Shown here: positions 23,998-36,298 of the stretch, in pieces | Numbering within the stretch: position 1 is the stretch's first letter | Layout: each line of letters opens with the position of its first letter | Source of the DNA: Octopus sinensis | Lineage: Eukaryota | DNA length: 64,000 bases | Assembly (NCBI RefSeq): GCF_006345805.1 | Contig: NC_043004.1 | Span: forward strand, 35,774,001-35,838,000 | Direction: 5' to 3' | Program-made: the position numbers and the translations under genes | The notes under the pieces: model-generated | What the model saw: only the letters and a program-made list of their open reading frames with translations | Databases searched by the model: none | What the model was told of the DNA's origin: nothing

Positions 23998-25074
23998 GAT
24001 ATTCAAATATAACATATATATATTAGGATGTTACCCATCATGGGTAAATGTTGAGGTATACTTTCAATGTTTACATTTGTCCCCATGGGGTAATATCAAG
24101 CAATATGGCAAATATACATTATGATTTGGCTTTTAGCAAGTTTCTGGGTGCTTCACAAAAACGATAAAATGAACTTCTCCCATAGCTACTGTGTCATTTA
24201 CTCCCTCTCTTTCTCCTTCTCCATCATTCTTTCTCTGTATGTATATCTCTAGTGTTTTACTCATTGCCTACCACCAAACCTAGTATGTGTACTCATTCTA
24301 TGCCTCTTAACTCTCTCAGTATCTCTTCTATTGTCTCTCTCTCTCTCTGTTTAATGTAAGACATAAATGGAGACAGCACCCCACCAACCTACCAACCAGT
24401 GCTTCTATTGGCTGTTATCATACAGACATGTTCCTTTAATCAGTTTATCTTATAAAATGTTTTGCGGTTTACATTATTCTGTTGAACACTACACACTGTT
24501 TAATAAACAAAGGCTAAATGTATTTATCAGATTTTTAATTGCTCTCTTATTCTCTCTTTCTTTACTTCTTCTCTCCTCTTTTATACAAAATCCTTCCCTG
24601 TTTCCTAGCTCTACTATTCTAACCCTAACCAACAGATTCCTTATAATGACTGATATCAGAGTTAGTTTCATACATACCATTGTAGCATTTTCTCATTGAA
24701 GAGTTAACTGTTCATATTAGTTAAATTCATAAAAGCAAAATGATCTTTTGGAGATAAAAGACTCTTTATCTATTTATATATTTTGATATTTTTTAATAGA
24801 ATCTTCAGGGAGAGAAAGATTTTCATAACATCTTTAGTGATTTTGGATTTTTCCTGGAGAAATTCTTTGATGGTTTTGAATTTCAAATAGTATGTATGTG
24901 ATAAGTTTCTGGGTGATAAAGTATTTAACAGCTGAAACTAATTTTCATCGGTTTTATATTTTATCGTTTTATGTTCCCTATCATTTTGGTGATAAAACTC
25001 ACAAACTCACCCCAACATACATCAATATTATATGAATTGTGAGAGTGTGCATACGTGTATGTGTATATGTCTGC

Positions 25075-25080
25075 GCATAT

Positions 25081-25119
<39 letters not shown>

Positions 25120-25121
25120 CA

Positions 25122-25169
<48 letters not shown>

Positions 25170-25328
25170 CATACATACATATATATATATATACATATAT
25201 ACATACATACATACATATATATATATACATATATACATACATACATACATACATATATATATATATACATATATACATACATACATATATATATATACAT
25301 ATATACATACATATATATATATACATAT

Positions 25329-25359
<31 letters not shown>

Positions 25360-25403
25360 CATATATACATACATACATATATACATACATACATACATAT
25401 ATA
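25075..25403. repeat. Compound (CA)n/(TA)n/(TACA)n microsatellite
   Basis: Directly visible; source of the spurious Y/I/H-rich ORFs. Confidence 0.95.
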
Positions 25404-25799
25404 TTTTCCAGTCTTCACCATTTTCTTTCACTTTTAAAGTATGAACATGATAACAAAATCCTTTCATGTCGTAAATAGAATTTATCACCATCTTAACCAT
25501 ACTTAAAGCATGGATACATTTTTTCCTATATTTTACAAATGAATATTAAATAATTGGATTTTCTGTTTTTTTCTTTTTTTTCAGTGCCAATCAGGGAAAT
25601 TTGCATAATTTTATCAAATGGTACAACTATATATATATATATAGATTTTCTAAATAACCATTATGATCACGATCATCTTCAACATTTTAACATCCATTTT
25701 ACCCTGATGTTATTATGGATCCAATGAGTATACTGTACAAGCTAACTGCTTTGCACTTTCCTCATCATCTCTATGTGGCCTTCCAAATTCTTCTTTCGA

Positions 25800-25986
25800 C
25801 ATACCTGTGCCATGTTAAAAGCACCCAGTACACTGTAAAATTGTTGGTGTTAGGAAGGGTATCCAGCCATAGAAACCAAGCTGAATCAGACTGGAACTTG
25901 GTGCTGCTCTCCAGCTTGCCAGCTCTGGTCAAACCGTCCAACCCATGCCAGCATGGAAAAATGGACGTTAAAGGATGATGATGATG
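25800..25986 (+). mobile_element. RTE 3' tail fragment
   Basis: 'aaaagcacccag...gttaggaaggg...catgccagcatggaaaa' followed by (GAT)n. Confidence 0.8.
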
Positions 25987-27443
25987 TCGCACATTTATTT
26001 CACCAATAGCAAATTGCATATTTTCACCAACTGGTCACTGCTCACCAACATATTTATCTCTCTTGCACACTTTAGCTGATACTTTCAATGCATAACTGAT
26101 CTCATAGCTTATTTGTGTTTAACCTTTCATGCAGATAATTAATATTACAACAGGTGTTTCTCATCTGATTCTTCACCCTCTAACCTCCACACAGCTATCT
26201 TTGTTGCTTATATTTTAAAATGTTTGCTTTAGCATCAAGCTAGAAAATTATTGCTGCTAACAGAGGTAACAGCCCTCACAACTGCTAGCCTCAGTTTCTT
26301 ACTCTATGCTTGCTAATTGTAAGTACAGAGCTGGCAGACTGGATGATCAAAAGTTTTACCTGGAATAAGGGCTGTCACATGACTTTTAGAGGCCCCCTGC
26401 ACCTTTTTGTTTCGAGGCCCCATCTCTTCAATCAAAATTCATAATCTACCTACCTTTTATTCATAGCTATATCTTATTTTATTCTATCTGAAGTTCAATA
26501 TTTCTCATTATCCTAAAGAACATCTTTAAAAGTACAAGTTAAATTTATGTAGGGTTGGAGTTACCATATTATTTCATGTTTAGGAAGGCCAACATTTAAT
26601 AAGGCTGAATATTATTTTCGCTGCACCCACAAATATCAGAAGACAAGCATTTCAAAATAACAACTGTGAAGTATAGTTGTCTCAGCTTTTGTATGTGAAG
26701 AAGTTTATTTAAGAACATTAAGATACAAAAAATTTTCAGTCCAAAACAAAAGCAAACTATTTCATAAATATTTTTGAAAAATAGACGTGAATGTTCTCAA
26801 AGACTTGATAACAGTTGAAAATGCCTTTTTTTTAATTCTATGTTTCACTGTTAGCTGTTGCAATATTTTGATTGGATAGACAATTCTACAATTCAAACTG
26901 TAAAATCAAAATACCAAAGCTGCAAAATATGAAGAATTTTTTACCTTTCTCTAAAATCACAATTTCAAGGGGAAAATAGTACCTAGCAAAATTAAATACG
27001 TCGATCACAAACTAGTTACAACTGAAGAATTGAGATGCTTGGTGACAGTGAGCAAACAATATCTGTATCCCTATATATCTACACAAACTTGTGTGTGTGT
27101 GTGTGTGTGTGTGCACGCACATGCGACACATGTGCCCACCTTGTTTTTGGTACAGAAAGAATTTTGTCTCAAGTTTTTATTGCCTTAGGAGGTCAGAGGT
27201 CACTGATCTGGGTAAAAAAATGTGACCAGCTTTTCAACAACGTCAAATAACAATGGCAAATATATAGGCAGAGAGACTAAGATGTGTGTGTGTGTTTGGT
27301 ACACGTCTATCTATCTATCGACCCGAGCTGGCCAAAGCATTGTGAATAGATTTGGTAGATGGAAACAGAAAAAGCTAGTTGTATATATGTATGCATGCAT
27401 ATATGTATGTGTGTATGTATGCCTGTGCATGTATGTTTGTATG

Positions 27444-30400
27444 CAGGCACGTAGCCATGTGGGGGAGGAGGGTATAGGGTGCTCAGCACCCCCAGTTAGA
27501 ATCTCACCGTATGAGAATCTGTTTTATCCACTTTTGAAATAATACATTGTCGCTTTTTTCTCATAAACAATATCTGAAGTCGTTAAAGATGCAATAAATT
27601 GAATTTCTTTTGATTTAGCAGTTAAGTGATATGAAAACATGGGTAAATTAGAGCTGGGCAAAGTGTTGTAGCTGTAATTGTTGTTGCAGAATTAGCTGCT
27701 GACCTGGTCATCAACTGTGGGTTGAATTAAGAAGTGGCTGAAGCTGGGTCAGTTGTTCTTGTTGTTGTGGTGGTGGTCGTGGTGCTCGTCGTGGTGGTGA
27801 CGGTGGCGGTGGTATTAGTGATTGTCGTTGTTGCTGTTGAAAAGTATGTGAAGAACTGTGGCTGCAGTTAGAGATTTATGGAAGTAAATGCATCACTACA
27901 CACGTATATATGGACATTAAAAAGGTATTTTATTTCTACTAGTCAGAGAGGATTATTATTCGTGAATAAGGAAAGAAAAGTTTTGATATTTCCCAAGATA
28001 TACATTCAGAAAGGATTTTTCAGGTGAGAATTTTCACTGAATAATTTTTCTTACTCTTTGAACAAAGTTTATACTGAAATCAATTTGTGTTTAACTAAAC
28101 AAGCATAACTTTGAAGAAATTGAAAAAAAAAATTGCTTGAACTGAAATCTCTTACAAGTTTAATTTAAAAATACGTAAATTTTAAGAAATTGTTACTCTT
28201 ACTACGATATTCTACTTTAGAATCAATTATTGCAATTATCAGTGCCCAAAAATAAAGAATCACTACCAAAACAGAAAACTGAAGCAATCATTGCTGAATT
28301 TCCAATCTGATTCATCTAATAATGCTAAACAGAAGAGAATTGCAAACGAAGTTTCGCAGTTCAAGGGAGGTCTTGCAAAGTCTTTGACACCCTCATTGGA
28401 TGATCTAGGACAGGTCGACTGCCAACCAGAGCAGCCAGTTCTAGCAAAGTTTGATCCAAAAATTTATGGAAATCAGAGACGTGACTTCTCGTCAAGCTGG
28501 TATACTGGTCATTTATGGTTAGAATATTCTCTTTCAAAGAAAGCCTTGTTTTGTTTTGCTTGTCGGCACATTAATACTGCTGCTCAAGCTGATACTTGTT
28601 TTATTAAAAATGGATATTCTAATTGGCATCACGCAAAAGAAAAAAAAAACAAATGTTTAAATAAGCATGCAAACTCTACATCCCATATCTAAGCTATGGT
28701 AACATGGAAGGAATGCCAACAGCGTTTATCCACAACAACATCCGTGTCTTCAATCTTGCAAAATGATCAGTTGAGCAAAAACCGTTATTATATCAGTTCC
28801 ATTGTTGATATTGTTCATTTTCTTTGTGCAAACAAATTGCCTTTTCGAGGAAACGAAAACGAAGCTTTTCAGGATCTTTATTTGGGAGATGACACACAGC
28901 CTTGTGGTCTTTTTATGAAATTATTCCAGTACACATTAGAGAAAGACTCAAAGCTAATGGAATGTTACAGCACGATTCAAAAAAATGCGAATTATACCTC
29001 AGCAGCAATGCAAAACGAAATCATCGAATTGTTGAGAAGACGCACTGTCAGCCTTATGGTCAATGAAATAAAATGTTCCGATGTTCCTTATTTTACGTTG
29101 AAATGTGACGGAATGCATGATTTTAGTAATACTGAAATTCTTGCAATTGTTATTAGGTACTTGAAAAACGGCAGGGTTCTGGAAAAATTAGTTGCAATGC
29201 CAACTACTCAATATTATGATGCTGAAACATTGGCCCACTTTGACCCGAAGCGTATGTTGTCACAATGCTATGATGGTGCTTCGGAGATGTCTGGCAAAAT
29301 AGGCAGCGTGCAAAGAAAGATTCAGAATCGACTTGAGAAATATATACCCTATGTTCATTGTCTTAATCATCAGTTGCATCTTGTGGTGGTTAACACAATA
29401 AAGCGGATTTCAGAATTAGCTACATTCTTCATAATTTTATTAAATGGCCAAAGATAGCTAGTCTCTGCAAAGGATTGAAGTTGCCACGTCTTATGGAGCA
29501 TAGGTTTTTGGGTCATTTCACTGTCATTGCTTCTGTAATAGACAATCACTCCAAAATTGTTGGTTTGCTAACCGAATGCACAGATTTATCAGATTCAAAA
29601 ACGTGTATAGAGGTAACTGGAATTTTACATCAAGTTCGTTCCTCAAGGTTTGTTTTTCTAGCCCTTGTCCTTAGCAAATTTCTGCATATAAATAAACCAG
29701 TAGACAAACAGCTTCAGAGTCACAAATGTGATATATACCATGGCCTTAGGCTTCTTAAGATTGCCAAAAGTGAAATAACCAAAGTAAGAAACTCTTTAAT
29801 ATTTGATGAGATTCTGAAACAAATGAGTCAATTTAATATTATTGAGGAACGCATGCGTCAAAAAGCTTGCGGATCCCGACGTTTTACGGATTATGTTGTT
29901 GAAGACCTGGTACCATCACAAGATGATTGGATAACCTTTCACTGCAAAATTCATTTCACAATCATCGACGAAAGCTTGGTAGAGCTAGATAATAGATTTT
30001 CAGAGCAAAATGATAGTATATATTCTTCTTTGGCAAGTCTACTACCAATGTCCATGACAATTTTTGATTTTGATGCTTTAAAACCTTTGAGCAATTTAGT
30101 TAATTGCAAAAAATTGGCCTTACTTTCTGAACTTGCTGTGGCTAAAGCATACATTTCCAAACAAAATATGATGACACTGCTTGATATTTTTGGATCTTTA
30201 CGTATTGTACAGGATGCCTTTCCAAATGTTTATCTTTTGTATGGTGAAGCATTAACATTTGCATCATGCACAGCTACATGTGAATCATTGTTTTCGACGT
30301 TAACTCAAATTACAACAACCTTTCGACGAAATATGAAGCACTAACGAAAATCAAACCTCATGATACTTGCTTCCCTTAATAAATACAAATCAAGTATAGA

Positions 30401-30560
30401 CAAGGATGATTATCTTAAATTTTTTGCCATGTCTTGACGTAGATTGCAGTTGTATTAAATAAATGTAACCCGATTTTATTTCATGTTCTGAAATTTTTTG
30501 AGAGTCTTGTGTCATACAGTTCTCGTACAACATAAAATAATACATTAAGTCCTTTTAAGA
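27444..30560 (+). mobile_element. hAT-superfamily DNA transposon, 3' terminus not found
   Basis: hAT-type 5' end CAGGCACGTAGCC...GGGTGCTCAGCACCCC at 27444, upstream of a disrupted transposase. Confidence 0.75.
28291..30458 (+). pseudogene. hAT transposase pseudogene (ZMYM1-like: TTF Zn finger, DUF4371, hAT dimerisation domain)
   Basis: Motifs WLEYSLSKKALFCFAC, LPFRG, YTSAAMQNEII, SQCYDGASEMSG, YVHCLNHQLHL and TATCESLFSTL. In-frame stop at 28690, frameshift near 29450 and further stops from 30342. Confidence 0.9.
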
Positions 30561-30766
30561 AATAGTACTAGATGCTTGTCTACTCACTGGTACTACTTGA
30601 ACTCCCAAGTAGACACATTGCTCATGAGCTGTCGGGTCACAGCCAACTTACTGTCAACCCATTGGTATTACTCCACCATATTTATCCTGGTGGACTAATC
30701 CATCTGTTCTATCTTGGGGGAACAAGAAGGGCATCCAGTCATAGGAAACCTGTCTTATTAAATTCT

Positions 30767-31020
30767 TATTTCTTTACTACCCACAAGGGGCTAAACATAG
30801 AGGGGACAAACAAGGATAGACAAACGGATTAAGTCGATTACATCGATCCCAGTGTGTAACTGGTACTTAATTTATCGACCCCGAAAGGATGAGAGGCAAA
30901 GTTGACCTCGGCAGAATTTGAACTCAGAACGCTACGTTCTGAGTTCAAATTCTGCCGAGGTCAACGAAATACGGCAAAGCATTTCACCCAGCATGCTAAC
31001 ATTTCTGTCAGCTCACCACC
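30767..31020 (-). mobile_element. SINE family 1 with 16-19 bp TSD and internal fold-back, inserted in an old RTE tail
   Basis: Direct repeat (acc)tgtcttattaaattct at 30748-30766 and 31018-31036. Confidence 0.9.
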
Positions 31021-31227
31021 TGTCTTATTAAATTCTGTCTGAGCCATGCAAACATGGAAAAGGGGAAATTAAAACTGGGGTTATGATGATGATGGCAAGA
31101 CTTTTGTGAAAAAGGAATACTACTAAGTAGTATTTCAGTTCAACTCAGTCAAAAATAACAAACAGAAATTAATTTGTCCATGCATAAACAACTGTCTTGG
31201 AGTGCTTTCAGTTTTAATCAATATGAG

Positions 31228-31450
31228 TAAGGCAACGAACGAGCAGAATCATTAACGAGCCAGGCAAAATGCTTTGTGCATTTTACCCATCTTTATGTTC
31301 TGAGTTCAAATTCTGCCAAGGCCAACTTTGCCTTTCATCCTTTTGGGGTTGATAAAATAAGTACTAGTTGTGTACTGGGGTCAATGTAATCGACTTGCTT
31401 CTTCCCCTGAAATTGCTGGCCTTGTGCCAAAACTTGAAACCATTATTATT
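31228..31450 (+). mobile_element. SINE family 1 variant with alternative tail ending in (ATT)n
   Basis: Same head and central motif; tail 'ggccttgtgccaaaacttgaaaccattattatt'. Confidence 0.8.
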
Positions 31451-32117
31451 AGATATGAGTTCAAACCCCGTATGAGTTTACTTGGTATTTCATTCTTCTG
31501 GTGCCTACAAACTAGACACCAATAAAATACTGGAGTTAACAATTATATGCCCAGTGCAAATTTGTGACTTCATGACAAAAGCAGAGACCAACATAATCAG
31601 ATATTAATAGGGACACCAGTGTGGCAGAAATACTAAGGTGTCAGACTGAATGCCTTCTGGTATTAAAGATCCATCCCTTTACTCACTCCCTGTGGAGTCA
31701 TATTCTTAGACTGATTCAATTTACCATATTCTTTCTTTGCAAATATGTTACCCTGAGCCAACCTAACAATTATTTAAGTATTTCTAGCTGGTATTATAAA
31801 CTGAAAAAGTATGACTAGTGAAAGCTAAGTCATGAAACTGAGTTGAAAACTCTGCCTTCCTCATTTGAACTTCACAACAGATACTGATTCGTAATATTGT
31901 ATGAAGAAGACTGACTTGAGTAAAAAAAAAAAAAAAATTAAACTTTTTTTTTTTTAACTGTACAATACTTCGAAGTATTATCAGGTAGTAATGTTTTATT
32001 TCTAGTCACCATGATTTCAATAACTCAATCTTACCTGCAGGCATGAAATAGAAATCTATCTATGGAAAGATCTATTAAATCCATCACGAAAGAATATTCA
32101 TTGAATGATGATGATAA

Positions 32118-32151
<34 letters not shown>

Positions 32152-34084
32152 GGTGGTTGCTGATGGTTGATGGTTGTATTTAAGCTTGTAATAGTGGTGG
32201 TGGTGGTGGTGGCTGTGGTGGTAATTTGGTTGATTATTATGCTAATGGTCACACTAGTATTATTTTGATGCTGCTGCTGCTGATGATGATGATGATTATC
32301 CCATTTTATGTCTGCAGATAAGATATTTGAATAATTGAAAAAAAAAAAAAAGTTATCTCTGCTGCATTGTTTAGCTTCATTCTTTTATTTGTGAAGACTG
32401 AAAACAAATAACATAAGTAATCTCTGTTATCAAATAAGACAGCAATGCTAATAGACAAAACACATTCATTCCTGCCAGACATTTTTCCACTACTCAAAAT
32501 GGTTGAAATTTTCATTAATACATTTGAAATCTATAATTTTCAGTTTAATTAAGGTATCTATTATTCAACATTAATATGGATGTTCTAATGTATTTTATTC
32601 ATTATTATTATTATTATTATTACTATAAAAGAAATCATCATCGTCATCATTATTATTACTGTCATTAGTTCTTTTTTTTTTTATTCAGATTTAGTGATAG
32701 TGAAGAATTTGTAAATTCTGTTATCTAACTAATACAATACCACACTGAGAGTAAAATAAAATAGATGCTATCGAAATGTAAAACCATTATGTAGGTTTTT
32801 ACATTTATTTTAGTATAACTTCTCTTAAATATTTCCAATTCCCTTAATTATCATAACCATATCTGTTTTACATTTTTACACCAATTTTCACAAGTTGCTA
32901 GAATGCAGAAATGGTTAAACCAGATATTTTATGTCAGACTGCATCTTTACATTATATCTAATTTATCTTGGCGGCACCTATAGGTAAATAATGGTACTCT
33001 TTTCAAGTAGGGTATAATTTCTATTAGGTTCTGAATAAATATCCGCTTTGCTTTCTTTTCTCTCAGCTTCAACTCCAAGTTCACCGACAATTAGATGCGT
33101 AAGAGTGATTTACTGAATGTCAACCCAAAAGCTTCATCTTAATTAAATTGAGAATCTTGTTTCCGAAGACTGTTGGACCTGAATTCAGAACAGTAGGATT
33201 TCTAATATGAGGATGACCTATATAATTTGTCAATGTGGACTACAAATATTTGATGAGTGCAGATAATCATTTGTAACTACAAAACTTCTATATTAATCTG
33301 AGGCTTATAAACAGCCAAGACTGCAACCTGTTTCTCTCTTGTAATTATTCTGAATGGGAAAGGTTGTTTTCCTTTGTGTTTCTTTATTTTACAGTTTTCT
33401 GTAGCTGAGTTGACAAGCATTGATGGTTCTGGTTTGGAAGCGTGGTTAATACAATTATTGGGATTAATGCAACTGAGCTATGTCTGGAAGTTTGTTTGAG
33501 AGTTCAAGGCCTAAATGGCTTCTATGCAAGAGTCTGAAAGACTGTAGGCACAGGTATTTTGCTTTGAGAAAAGCAGAAAGCTTAATTTCTGTTGGCTTCT
33601 AATGAATTGAAGTCATGACTGATGATTTTAAGGGACATCAACATTATCATCATTATTTTGAATCTATCTTCATGCTTTTGCTGTTTGTTTCATTCTGCTG
33701 TGTATCACATCACTAATTGTCCCTTTTGAAATTTCTCCTTACAAACGATATGGCTTCCCCTGCCATATGCTCTTGTACACCAACAGAGTATGACATTTTA
33801 TCTGTCAATGCCCAATGATACCACTTGTCCATAACAGTTTAGTTGGCTTTCTTACACCAAGAGGGTGAAATATTTCATACTTAGTAGTTTAGCATTTTTT
33901 TTTCTCTAGTCATTATACTTTTGTTACTATCACATGCATAACTATTAATTACTTCAAGTAAGCAATATAAACTATCTCCAATATTTTGAAAACAAATGGA
34001 GTAGTTGATAGACTTAAATACATATTTGGTTACCATTCCAGTAATTATTTCTGTGAGCCAACTGTATTTGAAATATTAATTAGA

Positions 34085-34366
34085 GGCCATTGCCGGCCTC
34101 GTCTGGCCCCCGTGCCGGTAGCATGTAAAAAGCACCATCTGATCGTGGCCGTTTGCCAGCCTCATCTGGCACCTGTGCAGGTGGCACGTAAAAAGCACCC
34201 ACTACACTCACAGAGTGGTTGGCGTTAGGAAAGGCATCCAGCTGTAGAAACACTGCCACATCAGACTGGGCCTGGCGCAGCCTACTGGCTCCCCAGACCC
34301 CAGTTGAACCGTCCAACCATGCTAGCATGGAAAACGGACGTTAGATGATGATGATGATGATGATGA
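34085..34366 (+). mobile_element. RTE 3' tail fragment (2 hairpin units)
   Basis: Family tail followed by (GAT)n. Confidence 0.85.
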
Positions 34367-35059
34367 TTCACTGCCAGTCTACTAGAAATACTCTTATAAA
34401 ATACTAAAGGCTTCTTTTTCTACTTTCTTACATATTGAGTACAGGTTCCTGCTTGGTAGCATACAGATTTTATGTTTTTCATTAATTACTAACTGCAAAT
34501 TTGGTTTTTGTCATATACAACTTTAGGTTTTTGAAATTGTCTCTGCAGCTCTGCAACAGATTTTGCAATGGCATCTATTCTTGATTTTCAATTGCAATTA
34601 TGTTTTAGAATTTTATAGATATGTCAGACATATTTGAAATGCAAATTAAACATGTAAATTTCAGTTGTTTTTTAATACTGATGCACCATGTCCTCCATTA
34701 ATTTGGACTGAAATTAATTGCAATTTAGACAGAACCTTAATCGTATTATCAAATAATAATTGTGCTAAATGTTCAGTTCCTAATATTTTATGGCTTAGTT
34801 TGAGAAAGAAAATTAGTAACCATAACCTTTTCTGGAATTTCCAATATTAGTGCAAGGAAGAGACCTAACAAAGCTACAAGCAACAGAATCAGCTTTGCTA
34901 AAGGCACTTTAGAGTCATATGGGGCTGCCTGGATTGACCAGAATATTATGATATACATTGTCATTTATTTCAGAGAAACCAACAACTTAGCTTTAAAAAT
35001 TTCATGACATTTCAAGTGCAATTTGGTTATTGTTTTAATTAAGATTAATTTTAAAAGAT

Positions 35060-35446
35060 GTGCTAGTGGAACGTTATAAGCACCATTCAAGCATAATCGT
35101 TGCCAGGGACACTGACTGGCTCTTGTGCCAGTGGCACATAAAAAAAGCACCATTCAAGCATGGTCACTGCCAGTGCCACCAGACTGGCTCCTGTGCAGGT
35201 GGCACATAAAATGCACCATTTCAGTGTGGCTGATGCCAGTACCACCTGACTGGCCCTCGGGCCAGTAGCACATAAAAACACCCACTACACTCTCGGAGTT
35301 GTTGGCATTAGGAAGAGCATCCAGCTGTAGAAACTTTACCAGATCAGAATGGAGGTTTTGTGCAGCCTTCTGATTTGCCAGCCCTCAGTCAAACCGTCCA
35401 ACCCATGCCAGCATGGAAAGCGGATGTTAAACAATGATGATGATGA
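35060..35446 (+). mobile_element. RTE 3' tail fragment (about 4 hairpin units)
   Basis: Family tail followed by (GAT)n. Confidence 0.85.
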
Positions 35447-36284
35447 CAGTGAAAAGTATTGTAGAATAAATAGAGTAAAGGACCAGTTGAAACATCTCTC
35501 TTCAAAATAAGGGAGTTTTAACCAAAATGCTAATGCTTATGTTTCCACCACCATCTTTGTATAGAAACTTTATTTTGTAAACTAAGTAAATAAGAATTAA
35601 GATTTAAGTGTAAACAATAATTGCACATAAAGCATAAGACAATTATATTTAGGAAAGATTTTACCAACTATTGCACTATTGAATTTAATAGAGTAAAAAT
35701 AATATAGCATTTCTCTTGTAACTGGTCAGGTTTTGGTTAAAATCAGCTGAAAATGTTTCATTGTGCATCTGGGAATTGAACATGAATCTCCAGGTCTCAA
35801 TTGACTTAATCTCAGGAATCAATACCAGATCATACAAAATGTTAACATTTATAGATCAGTGCTCCAAACAAGAAGGAATTTATCCCTCATCTCTTTTATT
35901 CTCTTAAAGATGGAGCTCACTCACCACGGCCCCTTTAAAGATTTTCAATGATTAAAGGATATTTGAAATCTTTATTACTTCAATACCAAGCAAAATGGTG
36001 GAATAATCAGGGTTAAAACTCATGTCTTATGTTGCCGTAAATGGAAATCCATCGTCAAGACTTTGATGAAGGAGGAATGTTGTGGGGAGGGAGGAGGGTG
36101 GAGCAAGAAAAAGAAAAAGAAAAGAATGCTTTCAATATTTAACAGAAGAAAATGATACTTTTACTCATGTTGTTTTGGAGAAAGACATTGCTGTTTTAGT
36201 CTCGGCTTTGTAAATTGGATTAGCTTTACAAAATACTCTCTATGTCATCACCCTGTTTAACAGCATCTTAGAACATTTCATGAA

Positions 36285-36298
36285 GTTACCATAGCAAC
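36285..36298. promoter_or_regulatory. RFX X-box motif
   Basis: GTTACCATAGCAAC fits GTNRCC-N2-RGYAAC exactly and lies in non-repetitive-looking DNA. Confidence 0.4.

Noticed and set aside
24961-25500. Long Y/I/M/C/H-rich ORFs (also 40.2-40.9 kb, 53.5 kb, 57.3-57.9 kb)
   Set aside because: Translations of microsatellites with no coding signal.
26325-27340. Possible hAT-derived MITE (GAGGCCCC motifs)
   Set aside because: No matching second terminus or TSD found.
28291-30344. Domesticated ZMYM1-like host gene
   Set aside because: In-frame stops, a frameshift and an upstream hAT terminus indicate a dead transposon.
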